The notes beneath the pieces were generated by a model, which had not been told where the DNA came from, did not search any database, and saw only the letters and a list, made by a program, of their open reading frames with translations. This document shows positions 40,037-57,609 of a stretch of DNA of 64,000 bases, one piece after another. The translations under genes were made by a program, and so were the position numbers. Position 1 is the stretch's first letter. Every line of letters starts with the position of its first letter. This stretch comes from the human T2T-CHM13v2.0 reference genome, Homo sapiens: the NCBI RefSeq assembly GCF_009914755.1, contig NC_060930.1, one strand, 5' to 3'.

Positions 40037-40320
40037 GGACAGAAAACCAAACACTGCATGTTCTCACTCATAGGTGGGAATTGAACAATGCAAACACTTG
40101 GACACAGGGTGAGGAACATCACACACTGGGGCCTGTCATGCGGTGTGGGGAGAGGGGAGGGATAGCATTAGGAGATATACCTAATGTAAATGACGAGTTA
40201 ATGGGTGCAGCACACCAACTTGGCACATGTATAGATAGGTAACAAACCTGCATGTTGTGCACATGTACCCTAGAACTTAAAGTATAATAATAATAATAAA
40301 TAAATAAATAAAGGGGCCTG

Positions 40321-40598
40321 GGCTGGGTGTGGTGGCTCAGACCTGTAATCCCAGTGCTTTGGGAGACTGAGGTTGGAGGATTGCTTGAGGAGTTTGAGAT
40401 CAGCCTGGGCAACATGGCAAGACCTCATCTCTACAAAAAAATTAAAAATTTAGTCAGGCATGGTGGTGCATGCCTGTGGTCCCAGCTACTTAGGAAGCTG
40501 AGGTGGGAGGATTGCTTGAGCCCAGGAGTTCCAGGCTGCAGTAAGCCACGATTGCACCACTGGATTCCAGCGTGGGCGACAGAGCAAGACATTGTCTT

Positions 40599-40635
<37 letters not shown>

Positions 40636-40686
40636 CACACACACACACACACAAAAAAAAAAAACGGGGAAAAAAAGAAAAAGAAA
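40321..40686 (+). mobile_element. AluJ with a (CA)n microsatellite in the tail
   Basis: J diagnostics; (CA)n at ~40601-40652; TSD aaaggggcc(c)tg. Confidence 0.92.
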
Positions 40687-41168
40687 AGGGGCCCTGACCC
40701 ACACTGGCAGTTTGAGTGGAGGAGGTAGCACATGTCAGGAGTATTTTTCCAAAGAGCCGATGATGCTTAAACTGAGACTTAAAAGACAATTAAGTTACCA
40801 AGAAAAGTGGGAAAGGACGTTTACCATGCAGGGAAAAGACATAGAAGTATGAGAACTGTAATTAAAAATTTTATTTTCAGTAATCAGTTCATTGAGAAAA
40901 ATAATTTTCATAAAATAACTGTCACTAGTCTGTTTACTTGAGGTTGGCAGATTTATTTAAAACTCAGATTTTTCTCCAAATAAAAGCAAGATATGTTTTG
41001 TATTGTATTTAAATAGAAAAATTTAGGTAATTCTTTTTCTCTTGGTTGTAATTGTAATAATTGTCCCTCCTTCAATAAGTCTGTACTTTAACTTGAAATT
41101 TCCTTCTGATCATATGACATAGTATCTTTATTTTACCAATATTAATAAAACTTAGGTAATTCTCCTAA

Positions 41169-41462
<294 letters not shown>

Positions 41463-41581
41463 ACAAATATAATTGTTAAAGCATTTGTTGGTATCTATAT
41501 AGCATCATTTTATAAAGTTAAAGGCATTCATTTTACCCTCTGCACTGAAAGTATTTTAAAGTAGCCTGTGATAGTTTATAC

Positions 41582-41798
41582 CAGGGTGGACAAACTATAG
41601 CCAGTGGCCAAATCTGGCCTGCTGCCTGTTTTTATAAATCAAGTTTTATTGAAAAATTTTATGCTCATATATTTATGTATTACCTATGGCTCTTTTTGGA
41701 GTACAGTTGCAGAGTTGAGTGGCTGCAGTGGAGACTTACGGCTTTCAAAGCCTAACATATTTAGTATCTGACCCTTTACAGGAAGTTTGCTGGCCCTG
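41582..41798. mobile_element. MER58A (hAT-Charlie MITE)
   Basis: Imperfect TIRs cagggtggacaaact / agtttgctggccctg; internal ggccaaatctggcctgctgcctgttttt. Confidence 0.85.
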
Positions 41799-44700
41799 AT
41801 CTATATAATATACAAAGGGCAAACAATTGCTTAAAACGACATATGTCAATAGCACCTTTTTTTTCTATGAAGTATGACTTGTTTTATGTGATGAAAATCC
41901 TGTGTCAGCATAGATTTATGAGTAGGTCTTGGAGAAAGGGGCATTCCAAGAGCTTGCTGGATAAATGGTTGATCGAAGGGAGGAAGCTTGGTGAGTGAAC
42001 CAAAAGCAAAGATAGTGATTCGGTATCAATTTCAGATAATTTAGTAACTTGAGAAATATCAGCTTTGTTAGGATCAACTTTCTTAGAAATATCTTCAATT
42101 TCATACATTTAAAAGGAATAATATATCTTAAATGTACATTCACTGAACAATATTTATGGAGTATAATCTCACTGCATTTGTAAACATTATTTAAAATTAG
42201 TGTGGTTAAAAGGAAAAGGGAACCAGTTGATATTTTGAACAGAAGAATAGTTTATTAGGTTACTTTCAATTTACTATTACTAGCCTTCTTGAAGATTAGA
42301 TTGCCTGGCAAGCATTGCTATTCTCATCTGATCAAGGTCCAGCAATTCATGATATTTTACACAAATTTTTCCATTTGGGTAAAAATCTGTCTGTTTACTC
42401 CATCACTTACACTTTCATAAACCATTTAGTTTGTTTCATTCCATAATGAACCCTAAAAGAGATAAATGCTATTCATAAGTTTTAAGGTTAAAAAAATTTT
42501 CAATGTGAATTTCATTAGCTTTCTTTTTATGATTTTCTTAATCAGTTTAACAGTGTGAAATAATCTAAAATAATCTCCCCAGGGGAAATGTTCCTGTGCA
42601 AGATTGTATGTAGTGTTTTTGCACACAATGATAGATCTTAATATCAGTAATTTAGCACTTTGATTCTCATTCACAATGACAGCTTAGCATGCTATCTTCT
42701 TTCTTAACTTTTAAATTTCTTCTTAAAATTAAATGTTTGATGATTAGATTACTGAATGATAACTAAACTGGTGAAAAATAACCAACAAGGCATTCTACAA
42801 TAGAATTTTCTCTTGATGAATTTCAGATGGTTCGATTAGAGAAAAATAATTCCAGCATTAACTCTTATAAATATGAATTTTCCTTTTCCTAATAAAGAGT
42901 TGCCCATTTGGAAGGCATCACTATCTGATTTATTTGTTCGGTTTAAATATGTAACATAAAGAAGTGATACTTTATAATGTGAGGTAGTAACAATTTTGTT
43001 CTTATTATTGCTACTTTTGTAATTTGTTTAATGTTCAGGTAATGACATCATATCTTTTACTTGGTTGTTCATGTTTCTTGACTGTTGTGCATCCTTTACA
43101 TAAAACTTAAAAAAATTAAGTGATATATTAGTTTTTATGTTTTTATTTCCTGAGAAAATTTTTCCAATGATAAGAAAATTTTTCCTGATAGTAAACTAGA
43201 ATATTCCCATGGTGTGATTTCCAGCTACAAACTTTAGAAAACTTGTTTGATTATAACCCTTAGATAAAATGCTTCAGTGTTCAGCCTTTGTCCAGCCATC
43301 TGCATTAGGATTTATAGACTTGCTAAATAAATGTATATTTGCCATTTTTCCTGCCACAGTTTTCATTTCATTGGTGAAATTGATTTGTCAGTTTGTTCAT
43401 TGTAACTTTCAATACCAGAGCTTTCAGAGTGCTAAATAATCAGAATCAGCCTTTGAGGTCAGTGTCAGTCAGCCTCTATGACCTCTACTGCGTTGTCACC
43501 TGAGTCAGCCTTGCAGGGATTAACCCTTTGTTAGTGTGATAATGTCTTTACTTATGAGTTGGCTTTTTAATACTTAAGATTGAAAGAAACAAAAGACAGA
43601 ACAAAAGTAGCAGACAACTCCTGAATTGGAAAGAGTTGTTGCTTTCCCCCACAAACTGTATGTGGTAAAATATTTCTAAAATTATCAAGTTTTAGTCTAA
43701 GTCTAGGAAATCTACCCAAGATATTTTATTAAATTTATTTAATTTATTAAATTAAATAAAAATATATTTTTATTTTATTAAAAAATAAAAATATATTTAA
43801 TATTAAATATATTAAAACATATATTCCATATATGTTTGGAAAAATTTATTTAAGAAAATTGGCTGTAGTAACAGGCACTAAAGTTTTATTTGTAATGGTG
43901 TTTTTGTGCTGTGTCGTTGCAATTAATAAATATCTAAGATGAAAATGGTTGTGATGTGGATTTAAAATACAGTCCTTTTCCATCTTCATAACAGAATGTA
44001 GACCTTGTATTAGTCAGGGCCTATCTATAGAAAAGTAATTTTAGGTGTATGCCTTTTAAAATATTTTCTCTAATTATCTCATATAAAATAAAAATAAAGA
44101 TTTTTCGCGACATATGTAAATTATATATTTGTAGTTATCTGGAAAAAAACAAGCTATTGCTTACATGTAAAATATATACTGTTTAGGACTTGAATTCTCT
44201 TCTCTTAGAACAATAAATAGTTATTTTTGGTTAAATCACAAGATATCAATTATTTGATGACAAAAATGGCTTAAAGGAAGTGTGTCTTAAATATGGATTA
44301 GCTAGTTCTTTGAATGATGAGATAAATTAGTTTAATTACACGTGGCAATTTTCTTGGCTAGTGATGTAATGTGAAATAAAATTCTCCCTTTCCCCTCCCT
44401 GAAAACTCAAGCCAATTAATAGAACTTTTAAGCTCTTTGTCATAGGCCACCATGGAGGTCTGCAGAGAAGAACTTTAATCCAATAAACATTTCATTTAGA
44501 TCATGAAAAGAAAGCATGAGGAGAAGCTCCTGTAAGAGAGGGTGTTACTATGATTCCAACCATGAAGAGATGTGAGGAATTTGCCAAATTAACCAAGAGG
44601 TCCTCATATTGAACGCATAAATGTGTCAAAACTAACAGAATCATTATTTAATTTGCTTGAACTCTATATTGAGGAAACTCTAAAAAGCCACAACTGTTTT

Positions 44701-45840
44701 CTTCAAAGCCTTCACTGTTGGGCTGGATGGACAGGGCAAAGGGAGGTTGTGAGAAATCCAGATACCAAATAACACTGGCCGAAGCTGGTCAGAAAAGGGA
44801 ATAGATAATTAGGCGTAATTAGCGTGTATGAATCGTTGTCTCTCTGCCCTTAGCTTGAATAAATTTTGAAGAAAAAAACCCTAGTGGTGAAAATCCTTTG
44901 ATGTAGGAAGAGTCATTGTGGCTTGGCAGCATAAAGGCAGTGTTTTATACTTTTTACATAATGGTTGTGATACAGACAGAGTGAATGGACCCTGCACCCC
45001 CCCTGTCTGCTTTAGACCAAGGACTTTTGGATTCTCTTGAAACAAAATGCATCACAAGTTTTCAGTTGTTCGTAATGAGGTAGCGGACCTCATCAGGGCT
45101 CAGAGGAAGCCATCTTTAGCTTTTGTTTAAACCTTAATCTCAGTTTTTTTTCTTTCTGGGAAATCTGTTTTCTTAAATCAACACTTCTTTTTTCTTCTTT
45201 GCTTGCACCTCCAATAAGAGATGGGAATCATGCTTAAGAAAGCTAAATGGAAAAGTTAAACAAAAATTATCACATAAAAGATGTATGCATTTTTTAATCC
45301 CACATGAAAAAGATGCTTGCTATATTCCCTTTTGCCTTTAAATCAGTAACATTCTAGTAAAGTTGTTTTATAATAGAAAATATAAGAAAACATATAGGGA
45401 ATAATTTTAGATTGTTTTTGGAAAGAACTTGTTTTCAAATTGAAATTATACAAAGTAAAATGGTAAGTAGGTTACTGTTTCACAGAATTTAAGTTTTTAA
45501 GTGGAAATCAGTTTGGTTAAAAATATTAGTAGCTTTACTGCAAACTTTGTTTATGCAAGAGGCATAGTTAAAACATAGGTTTGAGAACCTGTGTCCAGAA
45601 TAGTTAATTTGTCCGATATCCACTACTGGGAAGTCAAGAAATTATTCTTGAGAAAGCATTGCATTTATTCTGAGGCAGGTGGATTACTTGAGCTCAGGAG
45701 TTTGAGAAAGCATTGCATTTATTTTGAAATTTTCTGAAGCACTGAAACAATAAGTCACCTAAAATGCAGTTATCAACTTTTTCTGGCAGTTGAATTATGT
45801 TCACTTTGTCTATCCAAAATATTTTTTTAAAATTAGTCCT

Positions 45841-45844
<4 letters not shown>

Positions 45845-45882
<38 letters not shown>
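45845..45882 (+). repeat. Pure poly(A), 38 nt
   Basis: Counted directly. Confidence 0.95.
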
Positions 45883-45884
<2 letters not shown>

Positions 45885-47499
45885 AGAAGAAATGCTCTAT
45901 TTCAGAATCTAAAGTAAATCAAGTATTTTGTTGGGGGAAGGAGGTGCTGAAATAATTTGTATATTATCCTCAATATCAGAATAGCATCTCTAAGTAAGTT
46001 TTATAATTCTGATAAATGTTCAATCTCTTTATTAGCTACTTTGAAACTACGTTTAAAAAAATCTACCCTTCAAATACTTCAGTGCTCAGGTTTCCGTCTA
46101 ATTAATATTATTCTTTTAACGTATTTTAATTATAGGACTTTCTGCAGTAGTCATCCATGATCCATTCCTTAATGTGTAATCTGTGAAGCTATTTTTATAA
46201 GCATTGCCCTGCTTTAGAGTAGTTTTACTATGACGTTTTGATTCTGGATAGACTTCTTTCAAGCCACAATGCTCTGAGATGCTTTTGGCTACTTAACCCA
46301 TTTTGCATATTGTGCCATTTGTAGAATAAAGTAGCCTTTTATACTTGAAGTTGATTTGAACTCTGAAAGGCAACACCTGAACATCTCACAAAACTGGATA
46401 ATTATGGCTGATTGTGTTTTTCAGGTATAGGTCACAGGAAATTCATTTGGGGTAAAGTATGCACAAAGCTAAGAAATATGCAGATTTTCTGTTGTAGGAC
46501 TGTGTAAAAATTATTTACAGTTAATACTTGCATAAAGGTTAGAAAGGTTGATGAAGTGATATTTAGTTTTGCTTTACTATTCACTGCATGTCAGAATGTA
46601 ATTATGACTGATTCATGAAACTGTCTTAGAAACGAACCATCTTTATTAAAATGCTGATCAAGATAAGAGCTGACAGTAATAAAGAATAGAACATTTTAGT
46701 CTTGTTGCTTTTGAATGATTGCTAATTACCCCAGAGGTCATGTATAGTGCTTGGTAGGATTCATTGACATTATTTCTTTTAAGTCTGCTGTTTCAACAAC
46801 ATCTGAGCATGAAGACACAAACTGTGTGCACATTGAACAATAGTTTGGCTTAAGTTTTTAGGGCTTCAAGATATCTAAGAAATCTTCTTCTGCCATAGTG
46901 AATTTAGTTTTTCTGTATCAAAATTATATTATATTAGGGGTGCTTGGTACAAAATACATTGTATATTTATTTACTATTGACTGTATCTACACCTCCCATT
47001 TTTAAGTTGCGTTAAATAGTATATATAGGTTATTGGGACAGTGTCACCTCTAAATATATACACAAGCATATACAAGTAATAAGAACAAAATGAGTACTAA
47101 CATTTAAGTTAGAATACATAAAAGGACTTATTAATGTGTAATCAGAATATACTCATCAGAATATACAATTTGAACACTAACTACTGATAGTTTGGTTTTT
47201 ATTAAATGTGAACTTTGTAATTTGTCTCTAAATGTATGTGGAAATCCTTATCATGTATTCCTTAGCCAATTATGATTGATAGGATTCATGTATTATAAAT
47301 ACATAGTTGATTAACTGAATAAACTCTGACATACTGTTTAAAATAACTTAAATCTTTATAATTATTAACTGAAAGTAGAAGAATGTGGAATATATATGTA
47401 ATATGCATGCATGTATGTGTGTGTGTTAGTATATGTATATATACAAACTACACAATCACATCACACTTTTCTTTTTTTCTGGTTTCCATGATGTAACAG

Positions 47500-47640
47500 A
47501 AAAATCAATGGGATGAGAAGGCAATCTTTGTGGACCTGGCTCTGTCACTGACTTTGCTCTGTCACTGGCAAGCCTCTTAAACCTGTGTGAGCTCATTTCC
47601 TCTGTAAATGATGGGATTGGACTACAAGGTTGCTAAGGCT
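47500..47640 (+). mobile_element. MIR fragment
   Basis: ctggctctgtcactg...ggcaagcctcttaaacc...ctctgtaaatg core-like sequence. Confidence 0.55.
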
Positions 47641-48829
47641 CTCATGAAGCTATTTATTTTCAAAAAGATTAAGTTTCAGAAGTTTACTTATAAATTATTT
47701 CTTTTAAACTATGATAGATTTCTCCCTCAAATAGTGTTCTAAATATGATAATAAAGTCTTAGGCTACCTAGTCTACAAAAGCCTAATTGCCCCAAATAGC
47801 TCATATTATTATACTCTTGTAAAATGAAGTAGAAGAAAGCAATAGTTAGATTTCAACATGCATTTACGAAGGGCTTAGTCATTGGGGTTACAATGATAAA
47901 TGTGTTACTGAGTTGAATCCTGCCATCAGGGAAATTAGGATGTTCTAGTAGGGGAAGTAGACAAAAAATGATTATTATATAGCATATAAAAATATTATAA
48001 TGTTAGAGATATATTGTAATATATATAATAGAGAATGAGTTAGAAGTGGTTAGCTGTGTGGTGGGAGGTTATAATACTAGCAATTATGTAAATTGCAATA
48101 TATTAAATTAAAAGCACAACTTTTAAATACGTTTTTTCCCTCTGTGATGCTGGTAATTGTGGAGGAGGAAAGGATGAGATAGTAATGTTTGTGAATTTTG
48201 AAAGGACTCCTGTATGTGTTTACAAGTTTCAGAGGTTGATGAAACTGGAGTTTTGTTTTGCCTTTTGTTTTCTTTATATAAATGTATCACTGCCATCACT
48301 CTTGGTTTAATAGTCATGCTTATGATACTGGAATGAAATGGAGATTTCCTAAGAAAACTGGACAAAGCTTAGAAGGGAGACAGAAAGAGCAGAGGAAGAA
48401 AGCTAAAAATGTTTCAGTGTATACAGAAGAAGTTACCTGACGTAGAACTGAATAAGTTATGCATAGTGACAGCTGAGAAATACAGAGCAAGGCATATGTA
48501 GAAACTCTTTTTGAGGGTGGGCAGTGGGAAAGGGATGGTACTCTAGGTTGTAACCAGAGGTTAAGAGAGCCTTTTTAACTCCTGGAATGTCACTGTGTGT
48601 AGAAGGCAGAATACAAACAGAGGGTTACACATGGTAGACATTTTATAATTTAAGAATGCTTGTAAATAAGGATGGTTGTTCACACTTTTTAAAAACTGGT
48701 ATAGCATTGACAGACCAAACATAGCAGATGCTGGGTTGTGATCAGTTGCCCCATACTGGTGTATGCTAGTGAGTACCAGCCTTACCTATAAATAGTGTAT
48801 GTGTGTGTGTGTGTGTATGTGTATACTCA

Positions 48830-49000
48830 CAGAATTTGAAGGCTCTTTAGAAACACTTATCCCACCACCTTATTATACAGTGGAGGCGACTGAGGCTCAT
48901 GCCTGAGATCATCTTACCTAAGATTGCCTGGATAGCAGCAGAGCCAGGTCTACAATCCAGATTTCCTAGTTTTTATTGAGAGCTCTTTCCGCCAAACCAT
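48830..49000 (-). mobile_element. MIR fragment
   Basis: tatacagtggaggcgactgaggctca...agcagcagagccagg. Confidence 0.55.
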
Positions 49001-50467
49001 GTTGCACAATATGTGTGTGTGTATGTGTATGTATGAAGACATATATACATACACATATATACATATATTCACTATATTTACATATTGCATACCTTATTGT
49101 CTTTAGGTGGAATTAATTATATTCCCAATTGCTCTTATTGATAAGGAACTCTTTATCTTTCTTTTATATAAAAGTATAATCTATCTTATTAATCTAGCTT
49201 TAGTCATACACAATGGTAAGTTAAATATAGTGATATCCAGATACTGTTTTAGATAATAGCTTAAAATTTACTCTTCAGATCTTTTATCAGCGATAACAAT
49301 TGACTATTGTTAAGAGTGACTAAATTTGTCTCTTTTCATCTTCAGATAAAGGTACTAATAAGCAGTGAAATGACAAAAAGTTGAGCAAATACAATGAAGA
49401 AAGAACAGAACCAAAGTTTAGAATATTTATAAATGCTATCCTGGATACTAAAACTCTAAATAATGAAGCCTCTGTAAATGGGTAGGGGTCATTTTTTAAG
49501 CTAAATATTTTATTGAGATATTCTTTTTCTTGGTTATTCCAGAGTGGTAATTACAGTGTAAATGAATCATATGCCTTATGGGCTTTGTGTAATTATAGTG
49601 CACTTTTTTTTTTAGTTAGAAAAGTTATGCTTACCTATGATTATTTATACAGAAGAAGAAAAAATCTTGTGGGTAAATTTACTGGATGTTGAAAAACTAA
49701 TTTTGCAAAGCTGCATGTATAGTGGGAACTTCCTATTAGCTTGAAGCTGTATTGCATAGTTCCTTTCTGTGGGAGAAAATTAAAGCTTACAGGAGCTGCA
49801 GTTGTGTGTTTGGTAGTATAGTTATAAAAAAGATCCTCAAAAAGTGCACATTTCAACTTCTTTGCAGCCTGTGGTGTGCCACTCTTCTACTTTTCTTTTC
49901 TTTTTCTCCCTAGGAATGAGGACTCTGATTTTCTTGGATAAGGTAAACAGTGGGAGAAGAATGGAATATTAATTAAAATTCTGTTTGTTATGACAGAGTT
50001 GGAAATGTATAATGGATGTGATTTCCATAAGACAGCTATCAGCTTTTTCCCAGCACCAGCACCAGTCTTTGGGGACAATACTCAAAGATCTTTCCTTTTG
50101 TAAATTTTCATAAGAGTTAAATGAATGCATGATAGGCTAACAAATGCCAACATCACATAAATATATAAACTAAATATTAAAACTCCCCCTTCACCACTCT
50201 TCCCTCTTCCCATCCCTCCTCCACCTTCTACTCCACCTCATTCCTACTTCCCTCCCCAGGAGTAGCCACTATTAAAAATTTAGTTTGTATCTTTTCAAGC
50301 ATTTTTCTTTACATTTATGTGCATACATATCTATATATATGTCCAAACATATAGTTTTGTTTTGTTGTAAGTTAATGAGGGTAATATATATACCTTAGTC
50401 TGAGTTATACTTTTATCCCCAGAGATATCCTAAAGATCTTTTGATATTAGATATAATTCAATCTCAT

Positions 50468-50720
50468 TTTTAATTTTTTAATTTTTATTTATTTATCTTT
50501 TTGGAGACGGTGTCTTTCCCTATTGCCCAGGCTAGAGTGCAGTGGTGTGATCATAGCTCACTACAGACTCCATCTCCTGGGCTCAAGTGATCCTTCTGCC
50601 TCAGCCTTCTGAGTAGCCAGGACTACACACTTGGCTAACTTTTTTATTTTCTGTAGAGATGGTGTCTTGCTATGTTGCCCAGGCTGGTCTCAAACCCGTG
50701 GCGTTATATAATTCTCTTAC
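50468..50720 (-). mobile_element. AluJ, partial
   Basis: gatcatagctcact...ctcctgggctcaagtgatcc. Confidence 0.85.
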
Positions 50721-50879
50721 CTGCCACTCTCAGTTTTAAATGGCTGCATTATTATTTTAAAACTAATCTGCTATTTTTGTATACTTAGGTTTATTCTAGT
50801 TTAGTTTACTTTTAAAGTAATGCCTTAAAAATATGTTTGCAAATGTGTTTTTAGTGCATACGAGCCAATATTTCTGTAG

Positions 50880-51202
<323 letters not shown>

Positions 51203-51329
51203 TCAAAATGGAATTTCTAGGTCAAAGGCTCTTGTAATTAAAACTTTGCTGGATTTTGTCATATTGCTCTTTACTTGTGTATTAGCTAACATTAAAAATT
51301 AAGTTATAAAATACATTTCTAAAAAGTTA

Positions 51330-53625
<2,296 letters not shown>

Positions 53626-54456
53626 CATAAGATGGTATTTTTTAAGAAGCCACATTAACCTTTCTAGAATACAGTAGGGCATATAAATAAATGACAAGAA
53701 ATCATCTAAGTTGAGGTATCATACTCTGGACATTTTATTGGGTGTTGCTTATACTTATTGAATTAACAACAAGCTATTGCAAAATTATCATTACCAAAAT
53801 ATTTAAGGGTGGTGGAAGTTTTGAACTTTTATTCTGTGCCTTGTTCTGGACATGGGAGGTATGTGTAGTGGTTAAGAGCACATAGTCTGCAAACCTGATT
53901 TCAGCTACTGCTTCCCACACCCATGAACAGGCTTAATAACTCTAGACAGATAGAGATCAAAATACTTGATCCTTTTGAACATCAGGTAATGCATTGACAA
54001 ATTGGAGCCAATGAGCCTGTCTTTAAAGAATCTTATCTTTAAAGCTATAAAATTAACTGCACAATAAATGATTGCCCTTGTTATTTTTATTCTTCTGTAA
54101 CAGTGTTATAAAGATAACTGTGACTAAACATTTATTCTCTGGTTTAAAAGGCAGTGGGGCATTTTCTGTCTAACAGATAAAAACACATAAGCACTATATA
54201 GTTCCCCTTCTCTCAAATTTTACCATTTTGTAAATTGTTTGGATGAACAGAAGTAACTCTTCATATTAACATTAGGATTTTTTGTTTCATTTTCCACTCC
54301 CATGCCAAATAATTTGAATAGTATAAGGACAAGACTTCATCAATTCTTACTTGCTCGGCATCCTGGCACATAGCTATTAGAATGCAAACTAGTACCTTAG
54401 ATCATTCACATCAGTTTCCTGATATGCTAATAGACCCAAGGTCTTGACCAAGTTGA

Positions 54457-54786
<330 letters not shown>

Positions 54787-54980
54787 ATTCTTTATAATTT
54801 CTTACTGATATTCTAAAGATTACAAATACTATATTTTACAAGAGTCTGAATAATTTGTAGAAATTATTATGTCTAAGATAGAGTATGGAAGAAAAAGTAA
54901 GTCATTGGCATTCTGAACAAGACCTCTGGTGTTACACAGTAGCAGTTGCCACAGTCAGATGTTTCACCTTTCTTTGTTGC

Positions 54981-55290
<310 letters not shown>

Positions 55291-56096
55291 TAGAGTGATG
55301 GTGTCTTTGAAGCACCATGGTCCTCCACAGAGTTCCAGACACTGACAGGGAGACCCTACAACTCTCTGTGCTGGTCTTCAGTGATACACTTGTAGTTCGA
55401 TCTGGTATGCCATCAGGTGCCGGCGCTTTGCCTGGTTATTATTATTTTTGGTTCTAAGTACTTTGAAAATATTTTTAGTGACATATCCAGAAAGTCTTTG
55501 TTTCAGAGGGAGATTGGTATGTTCCAAATCATAGTGGTCCTCAAAAAGATAAAAATGTCACCTTATTTACAGTATGGGTTGGAAACCCAACTGTATAACT
55601 TACGGTCATCTGGTTTGAGATGTTGAAATGTCTAACTGAATAATCTGTAGTATCTCACCACCCAGGACTTCTTCTACCCCTTCTGTACATTCTTATGTGT
55701 TTTCTCAAGCCCTCTTTAAACTACTTCAGCTTTGGAACACTTCCTTAGCTTTACCAGTCCTTTGTTTCCACAGTACCCTACTCTTCTCAGTTTATTCAAA
55801 TAGTTCTGGACTACTCATATACTTTTATGTCCTTTACCCCCATTGCGGAGTAATGGTGATTTTCTTTTCATTTTATTTTATCCAAATATAAACCAGAAGG
55901 AAGTTATTGCCACCAATCTCTACCTCTATGGTTCTAAGATCACAAACACCAGCCCTCGATGATCCTATGGCTTTAGTTGCCACCCATGGTGGACATTGTA
56001 GTTGTCTACCCAAAATTCATTTCACTCTCTGCTACTGTGTAGTAGCCATGTGGTTTGGATGGAACTGACCAGAGATGGGGCCTGATTAGGCTAAGC

Positions 56097-56271
56097 CAGT
56101 GGTTCTCAATCCTGGCCCATTGGGATTACCTAAGGAGCTTAAAACAAAACAGAAAAAAATCAGCCAACCAAATCCTCCTCCCTGAAATGCCTGGGAGTGG
56201 GGCCTGGATGTTGGCACTTTCTAGATACTTCCCAGGTGAGTCTAATGGGCAGCCAGTGTTGAGAACCACTG
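56097..56271. mobile_element. MER5-family hAT MITE nested in an old MLT1-like LTR (~55997-56620)
   Basis: Perfect 13-bp TIRs cagtggttctcaa / ttgagaaccactg. Confidence 0.85.
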
Positions 56272-56629
56272 GTCTACCATCTTCCCTGCCACTGGCATTG
56301 GTTCAGGAAATTCACACCTATGCCAGTTAGCTTTTGCCATTCCCCAAGCTACAGGAACTGGTTGTCGTGGTTACAATCAACATAATCAGGGTAGCTCAGG
56401 ACTTTCGTTTTATAGACATAGAAAAGTACTCAGTCTCCTCTCTTTGTTATGAGGAAATCCTGCCGTGGGATGAAATTGTTACTTTGAAGAGGGCAGAAAT
56501 GACAGATTTGAAGAGAATAGAACCAGGGCCCTGATTAAACTGTTTTATACCCCCAGACTTTTCAGTTATGTGAACAAATAAATCTGCTTTATTATTTAAT
56601 TGGTCTTCTGATACATGTGACTAAGTTAA

Positions 56630-57277
<648 letters not shown>

Positions 57278-57306
57278 ACATACATTAACTTTAAAAATCA
57301 CAGAAA

Positions 57307-57605
57307 TGTAACTTTAGAAGAAGAGACTATTTCTTTTAAAGGGTTACAGCCTGCAACATGGCCATCCCGCAGGCTGGGAAGCATAGCCTTTGACAAAGAC
57401 CAAGACAGGCACTTAAAGGGAACAGGAATTGGAATAGGAGCTTTATGCTGAATGGGTTGTCTAAATATACATATTGAACAGGTTATAGGAGGAGCTATGA
57501 ATATTTATGAATGTGGTTCTGACACATGTATATTGAACAAACATGCATGTAACATAGTACCCATGTTCACCTTGGGATGGAGACTTAACATTTAAATGTA
57601 TTACA
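57307..57605 (-). mobile_element. ERV1 MER4-group LTR fragment (MER93/MER57-like)
   Basis: aagggttacagcctgcaa..tggccatcccgcaggctgggaag and ggagctatgaatatt..tgaa; family assigned from memory. Confidence 0.55.
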
Positions 57606-57609
57606 GCTC

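Noticed and set aside
40327-40789. His-Thr and Cys-Val repeat ORFs
   Set aside because: Translation of (CA)n in an Alu tail.
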